A stretch of 64,000 bases of DNA, taken from positions 1,024,001-1,088,000 of the forward strand of contig CAWCKY010000003.1 in the NCBI GenBank assembly GCA_963796275.1. Reading direction: 5' to 3'. The position numbers were made by a program, and so were the translations under genes. Under the pieces are notes generated by a model. That model did not search any database. It was not told where the DNA came from and worked only from the letters and a program-made list of their open reading frames with translations. The stretch comes from an uncultured Acidobacteriota bacterium. GTDB taxonomy: Bacteria; Acidobacteriota; Blastocatellia; RBC074. Shown here piece by piece: positions 61,672-64,000 of the stretch (within the stretch, counting starts at the first letter, position 1; each line of letters begins with the position of its first letter).

Positions 61672-64000
61672 TTATTGGCCGCCCATCGATGCCCTCCTGG
61701 ACGACGGCGATCGCTTGGGAGGCTGTGCGGTCTTGATTTCGGTGACCTGCGCATTGATTCGCACTTCAACCAGGTTGAAATAACTCTGTCCATTCTCATC
61801 AGGATCGAGCTTAGTCTTTCGCACGCGCACGAAACGGTAGCTTCCCGTGTCTTTCACCGCGGCCTGGAAGCTATGTCTGAAGGTGATCGGGGTTTCGCCC
61901 TGCGAAGCAAGCAGAGTCGAAGTCTCGAAGTTGAGATCGTTCGATCCGCGGACTTCAAAATTGCGGCGCGTCGTAACCTGATCCTTGTCGTCACGAAAGA
62001 ATATCTCGATAGAACTTATGCGATAACCCTTGCTCAGGTCAACCTGCCACCACTCGATCTCCCCTCTGTCGGTGCCTGAGTGCCATGCGGAAAACTTGCC
62101 GGCCTTCACCCCTTCTCCATCATTTCCGGCGCTTGAATAACCGATGATCTCCGGCCACGTGGTCACGCTGGATGCCATAGTGGGTCGTTTGAGCGCAACA
62201 TTAGCAGTCCTGGTGTTGGTCACGACTGGCACGTAGGGCTTTGGAGGCGACGGCTCGGGCTCGCTCGAAATCAATGCCATCGACTGGTCGGCCGGTTTCA
62301 AGCGGGGCGCCGGACCGTATAGTGCCAGATCGCTCAGATAATCCGAGACGGTCAGCCCCATTTCACCGTAGACTTTCGGGGCCGTACCAGGGAAGAGCGG
62401 AGAACGGAAGTTGATGACTCCGCGGCTCATCGGCTGAACGCTCTTATCCTCCGGAAGGTCCCGATAGAAAGCGTAATGGCGGAATAATTCGCCGGCCCTA
62501 GCCCACAGGTCCATCCGTTTCTCGATCCGCGCAGCAGTCGTCAGCACCGGAAGGCAGAGGCCCGCGAGCGCGAGGGAGCGGTCTTCCGAAGGTTTTTCGG
62601 GGTACCAGAAGTATGAAACTGCCGCCGGTATATATGTACCGTCGACAACCACTCGTCCCGGCTTCAGCGGGGGATTTTTCCCGTTGCTGACCAGCCAGTC
62701 TGCCACCCGCACCAGGAACTTAGCTGCGCGTTGGTCATCCGTATCTCTCCAGTATTCGATCACACCGAGCAACGAATAGCACCATGCCCATACCTGTACA
62801 CCCTGAATCACATCCGGCGCGCGATTGAGGTAGTATCCTTTGCGCCCGTGAGATTCTTCGGCTTCTATTAAGAGATTGATGTTAGCGCGGGCCCGGTCGA
62901 GGTAATTATTTTCACCCGTGTAACGGTAGGCGACCACCAAGCCCAGCGTAGGCCACCCCACCCACCGCGGTTCGTTCCAGCCTAAAGCGTTGGCGAAAGT
63001 GAACTTCATGGCAGCAAACGCATCGCTGTTTTCGATCGCCGATTCGCGCACGGCTTCATCGCCGGTCAATGCCCAATAGAGCCACATCCCTTCGATCCAC
63101 TGGTGACTCGGCACAGGTTCGCGGAAACTGCCGTGATCGCCTTTTTCGTAAAACGCCTGGCCCTTGAGATTCCACGTGCGTTCGCGATCAAAGTAATCGC
63201 TGGCGCGATGCTGCCCCCAGTCGGCACGGTACCGCGCCATCTCGCCCCCGAGCTGAAACGCGCGCGCGTCACCGGTCCGCAGGTATTCGCGCAGCAGAAT
63301 GAAGGGCAGATCGTAATGTACGTTCGCGAAACCCTCTGCCCACGCCAGATCGCCGAAATGGCGCCAGCCGAACTGCTCGCCATTTTCCCCGCGTAGCCGA
63401 TATTCGAAGATTGACATCGCCGGAATCGGGCCCGCCGCCTCACTCTCTTCGACGGCATAACTCGACGCGAGCATCCGCTCGAATCTCATCGCCGCCTCGC
63501 CGAGTTGCGAGTCCTTGATGTATTCCGTCGCCCAATTGCGCTTCTCCACGTAGCTGGGGCGCACCGCATCGGTCGTCGCGGTATAAGCCGGGTCGACAGT
63601 CGCCAGCGTGGAATTGGTCAGCGCGGATGCCGCGACAGTTCCCCGGCCGAGATAGAAATCTATCGTCTTTGAGCGTGCACCGTCGAAGATGTGATCGGTG
63701 CCAATGTCCGGCAGCACGTCGAACCGCAATCCCTCTTTGGATGCTTGCAAGCCCCTGGGAAAGTTTTCCGCGAACTCTGGGACTGCGATCTCCATCGTAC
63801 CGGCTGTGATCGAAGCCGCGGTTTCCTTCTGCGCTATAAGAGCATGAGCTTCGGTTGCATTCAGGACCTCAGTCCTGCCAGATCCGGATGCGGTAGTCGG
63901 AACCCATACGGACAGGCTGCGCAGAAGCGCGTGCTGGGCATACGGTTCCTGCAGCGTACGAGATCCGCCAAAACCGTAGGCGCCGTTGTTCATCAGGCGC
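61672..64000 (-). CDS. Large protein, 5' end outside the window: YetA/PcRGLX-like (alpha/alpha) toroid region plus C-terminal F5/8 type C (discoidin) domain
   Basis: Frame stays open to the window edge; GWRHFGD, NVHYD, EYLRTGD, SHQWIEG; Pro-rich linker; then NVALKRP...WWQVDL...RFVRV. Confidence 0.65.
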   Translation of the reverse strand, partial: RLMNNGAYGFGGSRTLQEPYAQHALLRSLSVWVPTTASGSGRTEVLNATEAHALIAQKETAASITAGTMEIAVPEFAENFPRGLQASKEGLRFDVLPDIGTDHIFDGARSKTIDFYLGRGTVAASALTNSTLATVDPAYTATTDAVRPSYVEKRNWATEYIKDSQLGEAAMRFERMLASSYAVEESEAAGPIPAMSIFEYRLRGENGEQFGWRHFGDLAWAEGFANVHYDLPFILLREYLRTGDARAFQLGGEMARYRADWGQHRASDYFDRERTWNLKGQAFYEKGDHGSFREPVPSHQWIEGMWLYWALTGDEAVRESAIENSDAFAAMKFTFANALGWNEPRWVGWPTLGLVVAYRYTGENNYLDRARANINLLIEAEESHGRKGYYLNRAPDVIQGVQVWAWCYSLLGVIEYWRDTDDQRAAKFLVRVADWLVSNGKNPPLKPGRVVVDGTYIPAAVSYFWYPEKPSEDRSLALAGLCLPVLTTAARIEKRMDLWARAGELFRHYAFYRDLPEDKSVQPMSRGVINFRSPLFPGTAPKVYGEMGLTVSDYLSDLALYGPAPRLKPADQSMALISSEPEPSPPKPYVPVVTNTRTANVALKRPTMASSVTTWPEIIGYSSAGNDGEGVKAGKFSAWHSGTDRGEIEWWQVDLSKGYRISSIEIFFRDDKDQVTTRRNFEVRGSNDLNFETSTLLASQGETPITFRHSFQAAVKDTGSYRFVRVRKTKLDPDENGQSYFNLVEVRINAQVTEIKTAQPPKRSPSSRRASMGGQ

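Overview
A 64 kb, roughly 55-57% GC (estimated by eye) bacterial chromosome segment. Gene content (Oar-like TonB-dependent receptor, CRTAC1/ASPIC-UnbV, TPR proteins, STK-AAA-TPR, DUF1080, M14 peptidase) suggests Acidobacteriota, probably Blastocatellia-like; this is inference. Most of the window is housekeeping: selA, cysQ-like, glpK, fbaB, pepA, smpB, gpsA, plsY, cinA, pgpA, rimO, pcrA/uvrD, purN/purM/purF. No transposase, integrase, prophage or CRISPR array was seen. The most striking hidden feature is a tRNA-Arg(UCU) gene split inside its anticodon by a compact 237-nt group I intron whose P1-P9 core can be read from the sequence. Other notable observations: two unannotated structured-RNA candidates (53.6-53.8 kb and 58.9-59.1 kb); intergenic inverted heptamer arms that occur both empty and filled with REP-like hairpins; an 86-87 bp REP-doublet tandem array; a membrane-anchored RraB-like protein with a 10-copy repeat linker coupled to smpB; a cysteine-less TlpA-like protein; and a TonB receptor/TPR/ASPIC-UnbV/cupredoxin cluster with two single-base frameshifts. 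All calls are from visual motif recognition, with no database searches.
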